From positions 1 to 24,797 of IMG/VR virus record IMGVR_UViG_3300017649_000001: 24,797 bases of DNA. The stretch is one strand, 5' to 3'. This DNA comes from a virus. Lineage: Duplodnaviria; Heunggongvirae; Uroviricota; Caudoviricetes. The position numbers and the translations under genes are program-made. Shown here in pieces: positions 23,833 through 24,797 of this stretch. Position 1 is the stretch's first letter; the number at the start of each line of letters is the position of its first letter. Below the pieces are notes generated by a model. The model worked only from the letters and a program-made list of their open reading frames with translations, did not search any database and was not told where the DNA came from.

Positions 23833-23863
23833 AGAGTGGCGTTAATAGCGCCACTCTTTCTCT
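23833..23863 (+). terminator. Probable intrinsic terminator or attenuator after the SSB gene
   Basis: AGAGTGGCG-ttaatag-CGCCACTCT followed by TTCTCT. Confidence 0.6.
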
Positions 23864-23873
23864 GGAGGTTCAC

Positions 23874-24797
23874 ATGCCAAAAGACGTAATGCTGATCGAC
23901 GGTAATTCGATCGGTAATCAGGCGAATAACACCAAGATACTCAAGGTCGGTGAGCAAGAGACGCAGGCGGTTTATGGCTTCCTGAATATTCTTGGTTCGA
24001 TCCTGGCGAAGTTTGGTCAGTTTGAGCCTATCATTTTGTGGGACGGCGTAAGCTGGCGCAAATCCTTCTTCAGCGATTACAAGGAAATTCGTGACCGTAA
24101 GGAAACGAAGAACGAGATATTGCTGCAGGAGCGCAAAGCGGCCTTTGCCACACAGCGCCCAATGATCCAGGAAGCTTCGAAGCTTCTCGGCATCCCTCAG
24201 CTTCTCGCGCAGAACATGGAAGCGGATGACCTCGCCGCCATGTTGTCGAAGCGTTACCTTGATGCTGGCGGACGCGTGCTGCTTATCACCGGTGACAAGG
24301 ACTGGATCCAGCTCGTGCAAAAGGGCTGTATCTGGAAAGATCAGATCAATGATCGAATGGTCACTCAATCGACCTTCAAGGCGTTCACCGGTCTAGATAC
24401 ACCGCGGCAGTTTGTCGAAATGAAAGCCATTTCTGGCGATCAGGGCGACAGCGTGCCGGGTATCGGCGGTATCGGCGAAAAAGGTGCCATTGATTTTCTG
24501 AACACTTACGGCTCGATGACAGATTTCATCAACGGCGTGACGTTCACCAAGGCGATCGATTTCGAGAGTCTGCCGAAGAAGTTCAAAGCCATCATTGAAG
24601 ACGAGGACAAGGTGCTCGCCTTTCATCGAAATATGGCTCTTGTCGATCTTCACACCACATCACGGCCGCCTATCCAGGGATTGGCGACGGTTAAGGGCGA
24701 GCCATCGCTCGAAGAGTTTCGCAGCTTCTGCGAAACTTGGCTTTTCAATTCAATTCTAGGCACTTTTGATCGGTTCGTGCAGCGCTTTCCCGTTGGC
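23874..24797 (+). CDS. 5'-3' exonuclease / flap endonuclease (Pol I 5'-nuclease, T4 RNase H-like); 3'-truncated
   Basis: Absent from the ORF track because it runs off the window. Translated by hand from ATG 23874 (RBS GGAGG): MPKDVMLIDGNS...LWDG..WRK...YK...EADDL...ITGDKDWIQL...GDQGDSVPGIGGIGEKGA (H3TH motif). Confidence 0.93.
   Translation, partial: MPKDVMLIDGNSIGNQANNTKILKVGEQETQAVYGFLNILGSILAKFGQFEPIILWDGVSWRKSFFSDYKEIRDRKETKNEILLQERKAAFATQRPMIQEASKLLGIPQLLAQNMEADDLAAMLSKRYLDAGGRVLLITGDKDWIQLVQKGCIWKDQINDRMVTQSTFKAFTGLDTPRQFVEMKAISGDQGDSVPGIGGIGEKGAIDFLNTYGSMTDFINGVTFTKAIDFESLPKKFKAIIEDEDKVLAFHRNMALVDLHTTSRPPIQGLATVKGEPSLEEFRSFCETWLFNSILGTFDRFVQRFPVG

Larger units (their letters stand above)
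1..24797. mobile_element. Segment of a temperate phage-plasmid (tail genes + phage replisome + RepC plasmid replicon)
   Basis: Tail fibre and adhesin genes lie contiguous with helicase, primase, ligase, DnaE, SSB and exonuclease, plus a RepC initiator. No host housekeeping operon is present. The dnaE/cobST/ligase/phoH gene set resembles my recollection of SSU5/pHCM2-type phage-plasmids (not checked by search). Confidence 0.8.

Noticed and set aside
23790-24653. Minus-strand ORFs 23790-24368 and 24393-24653
   Set aside because: Antisense shadows of the clearly recognisable + strand 5'-3' exonuclease.
1-24797. tRNA, rRNA, CRISPR array, integrase, IS element, inteins or introns in dnaB/dnaE
   Set aside because: None seen; dnaB and dnaE have ordinary lengths without intein motifs. 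A small tRNA could be missed by eye, but the intergenic gaps are short and otherwise explained.

Overview
The whole window is phage DNA, most likely part of a large temperate phage-plasmid of an alphaproteobacterial (Rhizobiaceae-like) host. Left to right on +: the end of a tail fibre with an S74 autochaperone, a gp38-like glycine-rich adhesin, PhoH, an unknown ORF, a DnaB/gp41-like helicase, a primase, three unrelated orphan ORFs, a Cys-rich ORF and an ATP-dependent DNA ligase. Next comes a minus-strand replicon cassette: an RHH protein plus a stand-alone RepC of the repABC family, with a likely antisense ctRNA and no adjacent repA/repB. Back on +: an XRE-like repressor, a CobT-like vWA / CobS-like MoxR AAA+ pair, a sigma-like factor, DnaE fused to a degenerate UDG-like domain, another orphan, a UvsY-like protein, a gp32-like SSB and a truncated 5'-3' exonuclease. 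Three signals stand out. (1) Four orphan proteins with no other evident similarity all end in the same C-terminal tetrapeptide, -FGAF*, written with different synonymous codons. (2) An 18-bp palindrome, TAACTAA-N4-TTAGTTA, recurs in nearly every intergenic gap and outlines a repressor regulon. (3) A RepC plasmid initiator sits inside a complete phage replisome region. Product calls come from motif recognition only; no database search was run.
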